A stretch of 64,000 nt of DNA. Source: the human T2T-CHM13v2.0 reference genome, Homo sapiens. Each line of letters begins with the position of its first letter. Positions within the stretch are counted from its first letter, which is position 1. Under the pieces are notes generated by a model, which ran no database searches, was not told where the DNA came from, and worked only from the letters and a program-made list of their open reading frames with translations. This document shows, in pieces, positions 48,390-63,639 of this stretch. Location of the stretch: assembly GCF_009914755.1 (NCBI RefSeq), contig NC_060932.1; one strand, 5' to 3'. Made by a program: the position numbers and the translations under genes.

Positions 48390-49268
48390 CTCTTTCATTG
48401 TTGTTTCTTGTTTGTTTTTCACAAATAGGACTTTTTATTTGGTACTGTTTTAAGTCTGAACTTTAAACAGATTCTTGGACTGGTGGTTCCTATCCATCAG
48501 CTCATTCAACTTTAGCATGTGTCTCGTCCCTAGTGGGTTTTCCAGAACTACTACCTCCACCACGAAGCTCCATGCCTTTCAAACCCAGGGTTCTCCAGCA
48601 TTTTTACTTTTCTAATGAAGACATCATGGAGAGGATAAATTGGCAAACCTTTTCTGTATCTTTTCCAATGTTGTCTGGAATCAATTTATTGACCACTTCT
48701 TTCAAGTCATTTGTCTGCACCTCTCAGGTCATGATTTCCATCATCTTCTTCTGGATTTGGCAGACTGTTGGTGCTAAGCATAAGAGGTCTTCAGTATCTG
48801 ATTGTTGTGTTTTTTAGTAAAACCAACACAAAACAGATGAAAGAAGTAACCATCGGTAGTCCTGACATCAACATGAGCTTCAACCATCGTTGAACATTTT
48901 TCAACCATGGAACATATTTTGTCACAGGTAAGACCCATGCCATAGAAATTAGTCAGGCAGTTTTTGTCCTGAACATCTTCAGTAATCAGCTTGAATTTTC
49001 TAAATGCAACTTCATCATTCTGCAAATCAGCAAGACTCACTTCAAACAGAAGACCCTTGAGACCATCAGATGCCATTTGGGTTCCTTGGGTCCTGGCGAC
49101 CAAGTCTTTCCAGTATTTCTTATATTGAACATAGCAGGTGCTTTCACATCATACTGATCTTTCTTAGAGAATGGACCAACTACTTTCTTCTTAACTCCCT
49201 TTTTGCCACCTTTCATAAGGCACTTGTTCTTAACAACCGCCATGGTGCTGCTTGGAGTACCAAAAGGC
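48390..49268 (-). pseudogene. RPS3A: Processed full-length RPS3A pseudogene
   Basis: [43 protein letters not shown]; [26 protein letters not shown]; intronless, frameshift and stop, AATAAA and decayed A tail, 5'TOP-like CCTTTT. Confidence 0.95.
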
Positions 49269-49546
49269 TAAATTTTATATTTTTGGTAGAGACGGGATTT
49301 CAGGATGTTGGCCAAGCTGCTCTTGAACTCCTGATGTCAGGTGATCTGCCCGCCTCTGCCTCCCAAAGTGCTGGGATTACAAGTGTGGACCACTGCACCC
49401 AGCTGTTATTTATTTTTTCTTTTTTTGTACAGACAGGGTCTTGCCATGTTGCCAAGGCTGGCCTGGAACTCCTGGCTTCAAGCAATCCTCCCACCACAGC
49501 CTCCCAAAGCACTGGGATTTCAGGTGTGAGCCACCATGCCCAGCCT
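49268..49546 (-). mobile_element. Nested Alu left arms
   Basis: continuations of the Alus split at 48388 and 48212. Confidence 0.85.
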
Positions 49547-49549
49547 GGA

Positions 49550-50483
49550 ATCTATTTTTAAAGCCAATCAAGCGTTGAATAAAATTGCAACTTGGGCTGT
49601 TTTTTCTTTGCATTTTTTACATTTCAATGGTTTTCAATATATTCAGAGATATACACAAACATTACCAGTCAATTTTAGAACATTTCATGACCTCAAAAAG
49701 AAACCTCATACCCTTTAGCTAACACCCCCATCCTCCCATGCCCCTACCACCCCTAAGCAACCACTAATCGACTTCCTATTTCTGTAGATTTCCATCTGAA
49801 TGAAATCATGTAGAATGTGATCTTTCATCTGTTTTGAAGATTCATCCACGCTGTAGCGTATGTACTATCCTCCTTTTTGTGATCAAATAATATTCCACCA
49901 TGTGGGTAGACAACAATAGGTGTATCTCTTCATCTGGTGACGGGCATTTGGATTAATTCTCTCTTTGGGTTATTAGGAGTGATGCTACTGCAATTATTCA
50001 TGTACAAAATTTTGTGTGGACCTGTGCTTTCATTTTTGAATATGAAAATACTGCGCATCTCCAAGGAAGACATACAAGTGGTCAATAAGCACATGAAAAG
50101 ATGCTCAATGAAATTCATCATCAGGGAAACAGAAATCAAAACCACAATTAGATACCACTTCATACCCATAAGCATGGCTAGAATCGAAGATAGAGAAAAT
50201 TGGCCTGGTGTGGTGGCTCATGCCTGTAATCCCAGCACTTTGGGAGACCGAGGCAGGTGGATCACCTGAGGCCAGGAGTGTGAGACCAGCCTGGACAACA
50301 TGGTGAAACCCTGTCTGTACTAAAAAAATACAAAAATTAGCCAGGCATGGTGGCAGGTTCCTATAATCCCAGCTACTCGGGAGGCTGAGGCAGGAGAGTA
50401 ACTTGAATCTGGAGGCAGAGGTTGCAGTGAGCTGAGATTGTGCCACTGCACTCCAGCCTGGGCGACAGAGCAAGACTTTGTCT

Positions 50484-50536
<53 letters not shown>

Positions 50537-50705
50537 AGAAAATAACAAGTTTTGGTGAGGATGCAGAGAAACTAGAACCTTCATACACAGCTGGTAGGAA
50601 TTAAAATGGTGTAGCCACTGTGAGAAACAGTTTAACAACTTCCCAAACAATTCTACATAGAGTTACCAAATGACCTAGCAATTGTACTCCTAGATATAGG
50701 CCCAA
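49550..50705. mobile_element. L1M fragments (minus then plus) with AluS at 50202-50535
   Basis: L1 3'UTR motifs; [24 protein letters not shown]; Alu with about 50-nt pure A tail. Confidence 0.8.
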
Positions 50706-51367
50706 CTTGGGCTCTTTCAATCTATGGAAAATGAACTGTGGGTACTTGGCAAGAACAAAGACGGAGAGAGGCAGAAATGCTGCCATGAGGGCACATTGAT
50801 TGGTCTCTAGTACACATGGTTTCTACTGCAAATGGTCTCTAAATGACTTCATCAGTTGCTCAGAAAAAAAATCACCCTCTGCTCCAATCGTGGAGGAAGA
50901 AGTATGGATTGGACCTGGTGAGCCACGGTAAGACTGACTGCTAAACTTTATGAATGATGAGGGGATTTGCACGTATAATCTTAACTGTACATCAAATGTT
51001 AATTTTTTATTTTATCCACTGTCTTTGAAAACCTAACTCTTGACTAAGAACTGACTTTCCTGTACTTGTTGTTGACTCTAAGTAAATTTCCAATTCCACA
51101 TAGTCCAAAGATGATGTGCTGAGAAATCTCTCAAAGGAAAAATGCTAAGAATACAGGCAGAGTTATGCGGCAAATTTTGCAGAATTAACACAAATTGCAC
51201 TTGTGGGTATGAAGCACAAAACATTTTCATGGGTAAAGAAAAAAGTGTTCTTCATTCTAGTAGACGCTGCAGGATGAGGCCGATCAAGGTGTCTGCCCAG
51301 CCAGACCTTGGGCTCTTACCTAGCTTGTGTTAGAGTCAACTCTGAGGGAGTCTGTATTTCAGTCATC

Positions 51368-51655
51368 TTTTTTTTTTGCCATGGAATCTTGCTCTGTCTC
51401 CCAGGCTGGAATGCAGCGGTGTGATCTCAGCTCACTGAAACATCTGCCTCCTGGGTTCAAGCGATTCTCCTGTCTCAGCTTCCCAAGTATATGGGACTAC
51501 ATGTGCATGCCACCATGCCTGGCTAATTTTTGTATTTTTAGTAAAGACGTTTCATCATGTTGGCCAGGCTGTGCTCAAACTCCTGCCCTCAAGTGATGCG
51601 CCTGCTTTGGCCTCCCAAAGTGCTGGGATTACAGGCATGAGCCACCATGTCCGGT
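51368..51655 (-). mobile_element. AluS
   Basis: TSD TCAGTCATCTTTTT. Confidence 0.95.
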
Positions 51656-51857
51656 CTCAGTCATCTTTTTATCCTCCACACCTGGCAAGTTCTAGACACA
51701 CTGTGGTTCCATACAAGTTTGTTGAATAAACAGGAGACAGAAAGTGGGAATTCTGGAAGTAGAGAAGATTCCAGAAATTGTGCATATTTCCCAGAGACTG
51801 TGGCCCAATTCCTCAGTCCTGCCAGAGTTTCTCTATCTCAACTCAAACCTTATGTAT

Positions 51858-52157
51858 GGGCCCAGGTGCAGTGGCTCACACCTGTAATCCCAACACTTTA
51901 GGAGGCTGAGGTGCGCAGATCACTTGAGGCCAGGAGTTTGAGACCAGCCTGGCCAACATGGTGAAACCCCGTCTCTACTAAAAATACAAAAATTACCCAG
52001 GCATGGTGTTCTGCACCTGTAGTCCCAGCTACTCAGGTGGCTGAGGCACAAGCATTGCTTGAACCCAGGAGGCGGAGGTTGCAGTGAGTCACGATTATGC
52101 CACTGTACTCTAGCCTAGGCAATAAAGCAAGACTGTCACAAAAGAAAAAAAAAAAAC
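51858..52157 (+). mobile_element. AluS
   Basis: dimer; TSD-like CCTTATGTATGGG/CCTTAAGTGTGGG. Confidence 0.93.
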
Positions 52158-52594
52158 CCTTAAGTGTGGGCCTTGTTACAGAATTAATGTTTATATGGAC
52201 AATATGTACATGGGTGTATGTTAAGAGCATGAGCCATCCACAAGATTTTAGCAAAGTCCATTTGGAAAGCTCAATGCTTTGGGCTTCCACTTGCTTTGCT
52301 GCCTCTGTCCTCAGAAGGAGGCTTCATCCTTCCATGTAACCAGCAAATCCTTTATGCAGAGATGTACACAACACACTCCTCTCCTTGGCTATGACACCTT
52401 GAAATGGTCCTCTTGGTGGCCCCTGGTGCTCATTTCAGAGTAGTTCAAATTAAGATGAACATCTTTCATGCCAATCACTCTACAAATTACTCCTATTATG
52501 ACCAATTTTTCTAAATGCTTTATTGAATTATTACTTAAAGAAATGTGCACATAGAAGAGGTCAACACAGTACTTTTCTTACAAACTGAACATAC

Positions 52595-52912
52595 TGGCCA
52601 GAAGCAGTGGCTCATGCCTGCCATCCCAGCACTTTGGGAGGCCGAGGTGAGCAGATTGCTTGAGCCCAGGAGCTTGAGACCAGCCTGGGCAGCATAGTGA
52701 GACACTCCTCTCTACAAAAAATAAATAAATAAAAAATTAGGCAACAGTGGTGGCACCTGCCTGTAGTCCCAGCTACTAGGGAGGGCTGAGGTGGGAGGAC
52801 TGCTGGAGCCCAGGAGACAGAGGCTGCAGTGAGCCATGACGGTGCCACTGTGCTCCAGCCTAGGTGACAGAGCAAGATCCTGCCTCAAAATCAACAACAA
52901 CAACAACAAAAA
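52595..52912 (+). mobile_element. AluJ
   Basis: TSD AAACTGAACAT. Confidence 0.93.
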
Positions 52913-53061
52913 ACTGAACATCTCCATATTACTGACACCCAATTCAAGAAACAAAATATTACAGCCCCTTCCAGGATATTCCTGGGGTCTCTTCCATCTC
53001 TACTAACCCCTGACTACAAACAGCCTCCACCTATTTCACCTGACATTGTACTTTATGAAAG

Positions 53062-53283
53062 CAGCAGTTCTCAGATGGGGCTATTTTGCCCCCTGGGGAC
53101 ATTAGGGAATATCTGGAGACACTGAGGGTTGTGTCTACTTGGGGGGAGTTGTGTTACTGCATCCAGTGAGTCCAGGGATCCAGGGATGCCGCTCAACATC
53201 CTGAAATGCACAGGGAACCCCCACACATAGAACAGAGAAATTGCTGAGCCAAAATGTCAGCAGTGTCACAGCTGACACCCTGA
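53062..53283 (+). mobile_element. MER20 DNA transposon
   Basis: CAGTTCTCA..TTTTGCCCCCTGGGGACATT..TCTGGAGACA..CCAAAATGTCAGCAGTG. Confidence 0.8.
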
Positions 53284-54443
53284 TATACACACTATCACAC
53301 AGTATCTGCTCTTTCGGGCTCAGGATCTTTTTCATTCTAATCATCTCATAGGAAACAGAAATGTCATTTAGAGGTAGGTAGAGTCCAAATCAAAGAAGAA
53401 CCTGAGTTTTTTTTTTTTTTTTTTAATCAGCCTGGTGCCTTTAGAGCTAGGATTTAGTTTCTATTCTTTCTGTCTCATTTTCAAGTGATTTTTTCTTCAA
53501 ATGGCATCTACTGGGCTCAAGAACTGGAGATCCCCACAAAGCTGAGATTCACATGGGAATTTTGTACACACCCACACAGGTATACACTTCCATTTACATG
53601 CAGACTTCCACCCACAGATACACACATCCGGAGACCAAGACAGAACGCAAACTGCCCCATAAAAGCACGGTTCCCCAAACAGGAGAAACACACCATTCAC
53701 TCCAGGGAGGTATCTATTTGTTTAATTCAGCCTCTGATAGTCAGGCTGTTGCCAAGCCCAGCTCTGAAACTCTTCCCCTCTAGGAAAGAAAGATGGATTT
53801 TTTCTTTACTCAAGAATATAGATCTAAAAAAAAAAAAACACTTCTGCATCTCAAAGCAGGCTCTACCTCCTGAGCTACACGTATTGATCAGCTTTTTATT
53901 GTCAATTTTCTTTTAATTGAATTGGAGAAAAATATAAATTATGTTCTTACTGACAGTTTGGAATCAGTTACACTAAATCCAATTCTCTGGGTTCTCATGA
54001 TTAAGGTGTTTAATTTGGGGGACAACAAAGCAAAAGCATTGGTCGTGTTTTAATATAATTAGTACAGGATATATCTAAGGGGTTCAAGTATCACTGTAGC
54101 AAGAAGCTCATTCTGCAGTAAAAGGGGGATTCTGCCACTAGGATTGAGTGAGGGTGGTTCATGGCTGCACCGTTTCATCAATGTCTCTTCAAGAGTCCAT
54201 GGAATGTGGAATGGGAAAGACTGAAATAGTGCAAGTCTTGGCTAAGCTTCTATTAAGGGGTGTTAGGAGCTGATAAAATAACCTGGTCTTTATAGACATC
54301 CCACACTGTAGTTCTCTAAGCTACAGATTCTCAGATTTTTCTATTTTATGAACGAGTAAAAATATTTTTTTAATTTGAGAACCAACATAAGGTTGCTATC
54401 TTTTTTTTCTTTTGGGTAAGAAGGAACTTTTTTAAACTACCAG

Positions 54444-54444
<1 letters not shown>

Positions 54445-54488
<44 letters not shown>
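54445..54488. repeat. (CA)n microsatellite
   Basis: direct. Confidence 0.95.
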
Positions 54489-54492
<4 letters not shown>

Positions 54493-55229
54493 TTCCACCA
54501 TGATTGGTCAGAATAGGTGAGGTTTTGCTGCAATAACAAACAACTCCCAAATCTTGGTAACTTCAAACATCAGAAGTTGTTTTTCTCACTCATGCTTCAT
54601 CTGCAGGGAGGTGTGGGGTGCTCTGTTTCCCATCAAACTTGCCCTAAGACTAAGGTTAATGGGGGTTGCAATACCTCGAGTATCACCAAGCAGGGAACAG
54701 AGGGAGAAGAATGTTAGAGAGTCTTGTACTAAGAATTAAATGCTCCAGGCTAGAAGTCTAACATTGCACCTCTGCCCCCAGCCTCTTGGCCAGTACTAGC
54801 CACATCCCCTCCCCCACCACAGGGCAATACATGAAGACAGGAGAATTGGATACATTACAAATTTCTACCCCATGGCATTTCATAAAAGAGAAAAAAATGC
54901 CAATACAAAAATGTTTTAATAGAATAGAATATATACATTTTTAGAATAAAGAACAATCCTCCAAAAAGGACAGCTGGTGGTCTCTCAACAATGGGCACAT
55001 TTCTGTGACATTTTCTCTGTTTTTCCATTTTATCCTTGACCTATGAACATTTTATACAGATGGTCCAAAGAACACCATTTGGGGACCACTGCTGTAATCA
55101 GGTGATGAAAACGGCCCCAAGAACAGAGCACAGTCTCTTTAGCAAAGACCCAGCAGGGCCAGGGTGACCATGTTCTCACCATCAATGTGCAGACATCCAC
55201 CTGCAGCATCCTCACATCCCAACATCAAA

Positions 55230-56810
55230 CAGTGGCTCTTTATAGCTTGATTCTAATGCCCTTTGATCTTCATAATCATTGTAAAGCTCTCTGGCCCCAA
55301 GATCTAACATCGCCACTCTAGCTACATCCTGCAACTGTTCACCTCTCCTGCCTCCTCATCCCTCTAAACTTCTCTTCACAACCTCATGTTTCCTTCTTGC
55401 TTTACCTTCCTGCTCAGCCTGGACCTTACAGTCACCTTCTTCTTGTAATGTGCTCCTAAACTCTTTCTTCCCTTCCTTCAACCACACCCACCTGGAAAAT
55501 CTCCATACTCCATTGACGACTTGCCTCGCAACTGCCCAAGGGCTGCTGAATGATACTGGAAAGAATCACAACAGGGATCTGGTAGTTCCACTAAATAATC
55601 TCACCATCCAACTCTAGGGCAGACTTCACTTCTGTTCAGCAATATTTTTAAGCATCACAAATAAATTCCAAACCATATTTGCTATAACAATTGACTGTAA
55701 ACCTCTTCCATATCTCAAAGCCCCCCAAACCCAGCCCTAGGGGTTTCAGAGCCCAGAGTTGAGTTCTCTCAACTCACTTCCATCTCACCCCTAGATCACT
55801 GTATCTTGATCCTCTTCCTCTGCCTTTCCCATGTTATAAGGAGAAGCATCCTTCTCCTTTCCCAAGCTACCTTCTCCACTTGTGCCTCATTTGAGACCTG
55901 CCTTTATCACCCGTTCCCTTGGAACTCCCATGACTCACCACCTTCACTTGTCATTTCACTCATAAATATTTTGCACCGTGTATGTGCCAGGCGATTAACA
56001 TATAATCATGCTTAAGTCTCCACATGCTAACAAGAAAAACCTTGATTATCCCTGCTATGCCCTCAAGTCATTACCCTCCCCGCTCCTTTCCTGTGTTCCC
56101 AAACTTTGTTGATCTTCATCAATCCCTCTGATGCAGATGGCTCCGAAGTTTGCATCCTATTAGGTTGGTGCAAAAGTAATTGCGGATTTTGCCATTAAAA
56201 GTAATGGCAAAAACAGCAATTATTTTTGTAGCAGCCTAGTATCTTTTCTCCTTCTACCAAACTTTGTCCCTGAGACATCTCATCACCTATAACTACCTCC
56301 TCCATGCAGTTGATTCCCAGATCTGTATTATTCTACTGAAAGTCCATTCCCCAATTTTCTCGGCTAGAATAACAGAAACCCAATTAGAATTCATGCTACC
56401 AGTTTCCCACCACCACCACCACCGTCGTCCTGCCATTGTTAGCAAAACCATCTCTTGAGTGGAGCTCAAAGATTTGTAATTTCCCACTCCCCAGAAAGAT
56501 AACTTCAGACTCAGCTTAGAAGTAAAGATCCTCCAGATATGGCCTCAACTACCCTCCAACCCATGTCCCCAGTGCATCCCGTTGATGCCCCCTTCAGTGG
56601 AGTTAAAATGGAGTGAGTGTTTTTCTTTTCACATACTCCTGGTGTTCTTCCACAAATACAATTTTCACCTCTAGAATATTTTCAATGATTCTCCATGCTA
56701 CACACAGAGAAATCCAAACTCCCCATCAGGACCCCAGTCTTCCCAAACCCTCTTTGCACTTTTCTGCCTCCATGCTTTTCCTTGGGTCATCCTCTTCTCT
56801 AATATAACCT
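55230..56810 (+). mobile_element. Degenerate L2
   Basis: pyrimidine-rich degenerate L2-like sequence. Confidence 0.45.
56160..56239. mobile_element. MADE1 (Hsmar1 MITE), 80 bp
   Basis: TTAGGTTGGTGCAAAAGTAATTGCGG...inverted repeat; TA flanks. Confidence 0.9.
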
Positions 56811-57272
56811 TGTGTATTATTCTAGGTTCTCCAGAGAAAGAGCAGAGAGATAGAGGTAGAGATATACACATAGAGAGAGACAGATTGATTTGTTGTAAGG
56901 GATGGCTCACCTGGTTATGGAAGCTAAGGAGTCCTGGAGTCTGCAGCCAGCAAGCTGGAGACCCAGGACAGCCAATGATATAGTTCCAACTCGAGTCCAC
57001 ATGTAAAGTCAGGAGAAGATTGATGTCCCAGCTCAAATATAATCAGGTAAAAAGAGCAAATTCTCTGTGATTCTACCTTTTTGTTTTGTTCAGGCCTTCA
57101 ATGGATTGGATGAGGCTCACCCACATTGGGGAGGACAATCTGCTTTATTCAGTCTACCAATTAAATGTTATCTTCATCCAGAATACCTCAGAGACACACC
57201 CAGAATAATGTGTAGCCAAATATCTGGGCACCCCACAACCCAGTCAAATTGATACATAACACTAACCATCAT
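56811..57272 (-). mobile_element. MLT2 (ERVL) LTR
   Basis: GGCCTTCAATGGATTGGATGAGGCTCACCCACATT..CCCAGTCAAATTGATACATAACACTAACCATCA. Confidence 0.8.
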
Positions 57273-57638
57273 GTCTTGCTTCTACTCTCTCGCCATTTCT
57301 GCATGGCCAAATCTTTCCCTTATTTCAAGGCTTAGTTCAAATGTTACCTCTTAACTAAGCCTTCCCTGCTAACCCCAAATATTAATAGAATTGGTTTCTC
57401 CCTTCTCTGATGTCTCAAAATATATTGTGTTTCTCTTTTATTGTATTTATTACAAACTCCCTTACAAATCAAGACAGTGATTCCCAGACAAATTATCACA
57501 AGAGTATAAAAGAAGTCTTCTTTGAGTGTGAAATATCTCATGGAATATAGCACATGGCCTCTTCATGAAGAAACTACTGGGAGAGAAGAAGACAAGCTGG
57601 AAGAGGCCAGGGAAAGGGGGTTAGTACAAAGCACAATG

Positions 57639-57963
<325 letters not shown>

Positions 57964-58409
57964 TCAGTGGATGGGTGCCTATAATTTCTAAGGGAAATAG
58001 AGTATAATCCAAGAATTTTATAGCCAGCTAAATTATTGCCCAATCAAAATAGGCAAAAGACACATGCTGAAGAACTTAAAGAATACAGTATTTCTGAGCT
58101 CTTTAAAAAAAAAAGTCTTCATAATAAAATTTAGTCAGCCAAGAAATTAAAAAATAAGCAACTTGTGAATTGAATGACCATGACAAAAGGCTAGTGATAG
58201 GACTATGATTGCAGAACAGAAAGAGAAGGTGGTCAACCTTAACAACATAAAACAACCTAGAAATAACTAGTTTCCAGAGGTAAAGAGAGGGACTGTAGGA
58301 AGTAGAATTGCTAATGCCCTTTATTAAGTCAATTAATCAGGTCTAAAATTGAAACGTGATTTTAAATATATAACTTCTTGTTTATTTTCCTCCCTAACTA
58401 CCTGAGGAT

Positions 58410-58601
58410 CAACCACCAACATGAATGACACAGTGACTACCTGGACCAGGAAGTTCATGACCAATCGACCGTTCCAGAGGAAACAAATGGTCACCAATGT
58501 CCTTCACCCCGGAAAGGCAACAAAATGTACAAGACCACAATGGATGTCATCTTCATATTAATAGTTGGACTCAGAACCCATTTTGGTGGTGGTTAAACAA
58601 T
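58410..58601 (+). pseudogene. RPS24: Processed RPS24 pseudogene fragment (5' third)
   Basis: ATG at 58421: [34 protein letters not shown], deletion, then [17 protein letters not shown]. Confidence 0.85.
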
Positions 58602-58866
58602 CGTCACCCACATTGGAGCGCAGTGGTACGATCTCAGCTCACCAAATCTCTGCCTCCCAGGCTTAAGCAATTCTCCTGCCTCAGCCTCCCCCGCAGCTAG
58701 GATTACAGGCACGCACCACTACTGCCTGGCTAATTTTTATGTTTTTAGTAGAGATGGGGTTTCACCTTGTTGGCCAGGCTGGTCTTGAACTCCTGACCTC
58801 AAATGATCCACCCGCCTTGGCCTCCCAAAGTGCTAAGATTACAGGCATGGGTCACTGTGCCCAGCC
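58602..58866 (-). mobile_element. Alu lacking tail
   Basis: starts at GTCACCC directly after RPS24 sequence. Confidence 0.9.
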
Positions 58867-59401
58867 TTTTCTGTATTAAATTTTTTAAAACACAACATTT
58901 AAAATAATCAAGTCATTCTTTTTGAATCTACTTTGTATTATAGGTATCCAAATACTCACCTATTCTCTCTCACATGATGACAAACTGGTTGAAATGTCAT
59001 TTCATTTTGTGGCTCCAGCCCCAGGGATTCTGAGTCTGATTCTAAAGGGCCTGCATGCAGAGCAAGCAAGCCGCCTGGATGATTCTCTTACAGGTGTTTT
59101 AAGGGCATCAGTTTGAGACACCCTGATGCAAAAGAACGAACCCTCAAGGAAGTTGGCTGTACATGTATTTTCCTTCCTAGCACAGGAAAAGACAGAAAGA
59201 TTATCCAATCAGTACCACTCCTAGCACCTGATTATATATGTATGAGGAATTCAGAAATGGTTTGATCAAGGTTGAAGACCTAAAAAGTAGCTTTTCTCTC
59301 GGACACCAAGTCCCCATCTCATGCGTGGTTGAGTTAGTAGAATCTGAGGATGATGCTTCTTCCTCCAGGATTGGTATCCTATGGTTTTTGTTGTTCAGTA
59401 A

Positions 59402-59765
<364 letters not shown>

Positions 59766-60269
59766 TCCTCACTTACACTTTTACAGAAGATCTGATCATA
59801 CCCACTCCGCAGAAGTCAGAATGGCCCCCACATGGTGTTAAACGGGAGTGAAAACTTGAGTTCAATCAACTGAGGGTGACACAGAAACATTTCCCCCAAA
59901 ATGCTTTTGGCAGCTCTGCTGATCCATAACCTGGCTCCATTTCAGGGCAAGACCTCCACTTAAGCTGCACTGGCTTCCACTAGAGTAAATCACATTAACT
60001 CATGGCAAACACAACTGAAGGGCAAAAAGATTCTTTTTAAAAGGATTTTAGTCTCTCACTTACCAACACACCCTGGCCTCCCTAGAGCCGGACTCCATTC
60101 AGCACCTGTTCCACTGAGCACCCACTGAAAGCTCAGCTCATGAGCTGAGATGACCCAGACATCAAGGAGTTTACAATCCAGGGGAAGAACAGACCTGAAT
60201 ACAAGTGATGACAATACAAGACGGAGTCAAAGAGCCCAACTTGAAGTATCAGCAGAATAGCACCAAAGA

Positions 60270-60475
60270 CTAGTTCCCAACCCAGCTCCCAGCGCCAGAG
60301 CCAGAGCCAGGCTGGCTGCATGAGATCAGCTGGGAGCTTTTGCAAACCTAGGTCCTAGCTAAGCCCCTAATCATCAGACTGGCAGTCACTGGGAGTGAGC
60401 TCCAGGAACTCTTTTATTTAATAAGCACCCACACACACATGATTCTGATGTTCCTAAGGGTTGTAGAAACATGGA
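60270..60475. mobile_element. MER5-like DNA transposon
   Basis: GGCTGCATGAGATCAGCTGGGAGCTTT..TTTAATAAGCACCC..GATTCTGATG. Confidence 0.55.
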
Positions 60476-60669
60476 ACTATAGAAAACACTTAAAAAAAAA
60501 AGGCACTAAAAGAAACCTATAAATATTCACTACAATCCCAGGCATCATGAGGACACTCCACGTGCACTATTTACAATACTTAGAATATCCTGCAAGGGAA
60601 GCATTCATTCATGACGATGGGCTTTATTGGGATCAGAGCCAGCCCTGGGAATATTTGAACCCGCGCTGA

Positions 60670-61058
<389 letters not shown>

Positions 61059-61513
61059 TCAGACTTTCAAGTAAAGCCACAATGGACCACAGAGCTTAGA
61101 CATCAGGGCTAACATGGAATCTCTGTCATTAAATCTTGAGATCTTACTATCTTTGGTCAAAGAAAAAAATAATCACAAATGACATTTTGAGGACAAGACA
61201 TCTGAATGTAAACTTGATCTTAGAGGATATTAAGGAATTACTGGTAATTTGATTAGGTATGACAATGATCATATAAAAAGTGCCCTCATGTTTTTAGAGG
61301 GAAAGTAAATTACGTAGGGATGAATATCAGGATGCAATTACATAACTACTGTCAACTATTTTGTAAATACTTCAGAAAAACAAATGAAGTAAATATTGCA
61401 AATGTTAATAGTTTTTAAATCTATGTGATGGGTATATGATAGCTCATTAAACTGGTGTCTCTACTTTTATGTTTATTGAAAAGTTTTTGTAATAATAATA
61501 AAAAAAAAACCTT

Positions 61514-61813
61514 GGCCAGGCACAGCAGCTCATGCCTGTAATCTCAGCACTTTGGGAGGCCGAGGTGGATGGAGGACTGCTTGAGCCCAGCAGTTTGAGA
61601 CCAGCCTAGGCAACATGGTGAAACCTCATCTCTACAAAAAATAGACAAATTAGTCAGGCATGGTGGTGTGCATCTGCAGTCCCAGCTACTCAGGAGGCTG
61701 AGGTGGGAGGATCACCTGAGCCCAGAAGGTCAAGGCTGCAGTGAGCCAAGGTCACGCCACTGCACTTCAGCCTGGGCGACAGACCCTGTCTCAAACAAAC
61801 AAGCAAACAAAAA
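61514..61813 (+). mobile_element. AluJ
   Basis: dimer. Confidence 0.92.
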
Positions 61814-62718
61814 CCCTCTTGATCCCATTTCCCAAAAAACGATTTTTTTGAGATCTTATCATCTCCTGGCTTGGTGCAGAGTACAGGAAATCGAGACAAA
61901 GTACAACACACAAGGAATAAGGAGGGAGGGAAGCGTGGGGGAGGCTGACATCGTGGACTCTCCCAGCTCAGTCGACCCATGCGCCTTCCTTCATGGAAGA
62001 AAGGAATGGAAGATGAATCATGCCTTCAGCACAGAGAGACCTTCCTCACTAGTAAATGCGCCTCCAGAAATGTCCAAGAACTCAGTGCCAGAGCCAGGCT
62101 GGCTGCATGAGAATCACCTGCGAGCTTTTGCAAACATAGGCCCCTACTGGCTCCAAATGTATTCGTCTCTTGGAGAGGAGGAGAAAGGCAGAACAAGGAA
62201 AAGGATGGGAAGAAACCAGCCTTGTGCACAGGAGGATGCTGGGATTCCTCCTGCAAGTTTAGCGCAATGCAGCCTATTTTACAAGGTCACAGAAGCTCAG
62301 AGAGGTAAACCTGCCCAGGTTCTCATAGCTTGTAAGTGACAAAACAAAACCCGCCCAAGTCTCTGTCTCTAGAGATATTTCCACTTGCTTTAACTCTGGA
62401 GCTGTCTTAGTTGTAAAGACAGATTCCACTCCTCACTCACTTTTGTTTGCAGATATTGCCTAAGGTCCCTTGTGAATATTTAGGTCAGGGCTTTTTTTTT
62501 TTTTGAGTTTTTGTTTGTTTGTTTGTTTGTTTTTAAAAAAGCAATCTTGTAGAAAGAACCCAAAGTGGCTCCCCATTTTAAGACTCTGCAAACAGGGAGA
62601 CCAGAGTCTGGAGTCCCGGTCTGATTTCCACACTTTCCTTAGATTTCCCTGTGTGTAAAATCCAACAATAATCTTTGACAAATTGCCTCCCCCAGGGGAG
62701 AGATGGAGGAAGTGTTAA

Positions 62719-63026
<308 letters not shown>

Positions 63027-63639
63027 CTTTGCTATTTTTTTAATAGACAGCTTCGAGGTCCAGTATGATTTCACAGATTAGGAAACATCACAGGCAAAGA
63101 AGAACACTTTGCATTCAAATAGTAGAATGTTTTTGTTTTCAAGGAGCTCTCACCTGCCATCTAATCTTGTCTTCCTAGCAGTCCTGGGAGAGAAGCAGAT
63201 GTGGTTTCCAATCCCACTTTCCAAAAGAGGAGACTGAGGCAGAGGCTTTGCAGATACACAGAGGACATGTGAGGACAGGTGAAGGTCATGATCATTGTCA
63301 GCGCCCTCCCCCAACTTGACATTCCCAGACCTAGTGGACTTCCAAACAGAGGAGACAGAAGAACTGATCAATCAATTCTGCCATGGGTGCCAGGACCCAA
63401 TTTTTCCCTGGCTAACTCGGTCACATCCTGTCTGGGATCTCCAACTACTACCCATCCCACAAGTCTCAGCTAAAACAGGAATTCAACGGGGAACATTTTT
63501 CTGAGGCTCCAGGATTGGGCCAGGCCCTCTCCATGGCTGTCTGACCTTCCCCTAATGCAGAACTTAGCGTCTGTATGTCACTATTGGTTCAAACATGTGC
63601 CTTTCATATGCTCTCCACGTTATCTGCAGCATCTGCCAA

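Noticed and set aside
48774-49243. Functional RPS3A gene
   Set aside because: Intronless, frameshifted after KT, premature stop after TSYA, decayed polyA tail.
61668-62339. 223-aa ORF
   Set aside because: Begins in an Alu with a non-ATG start, crosses a MER5-like piece and shows no recognisable domain.
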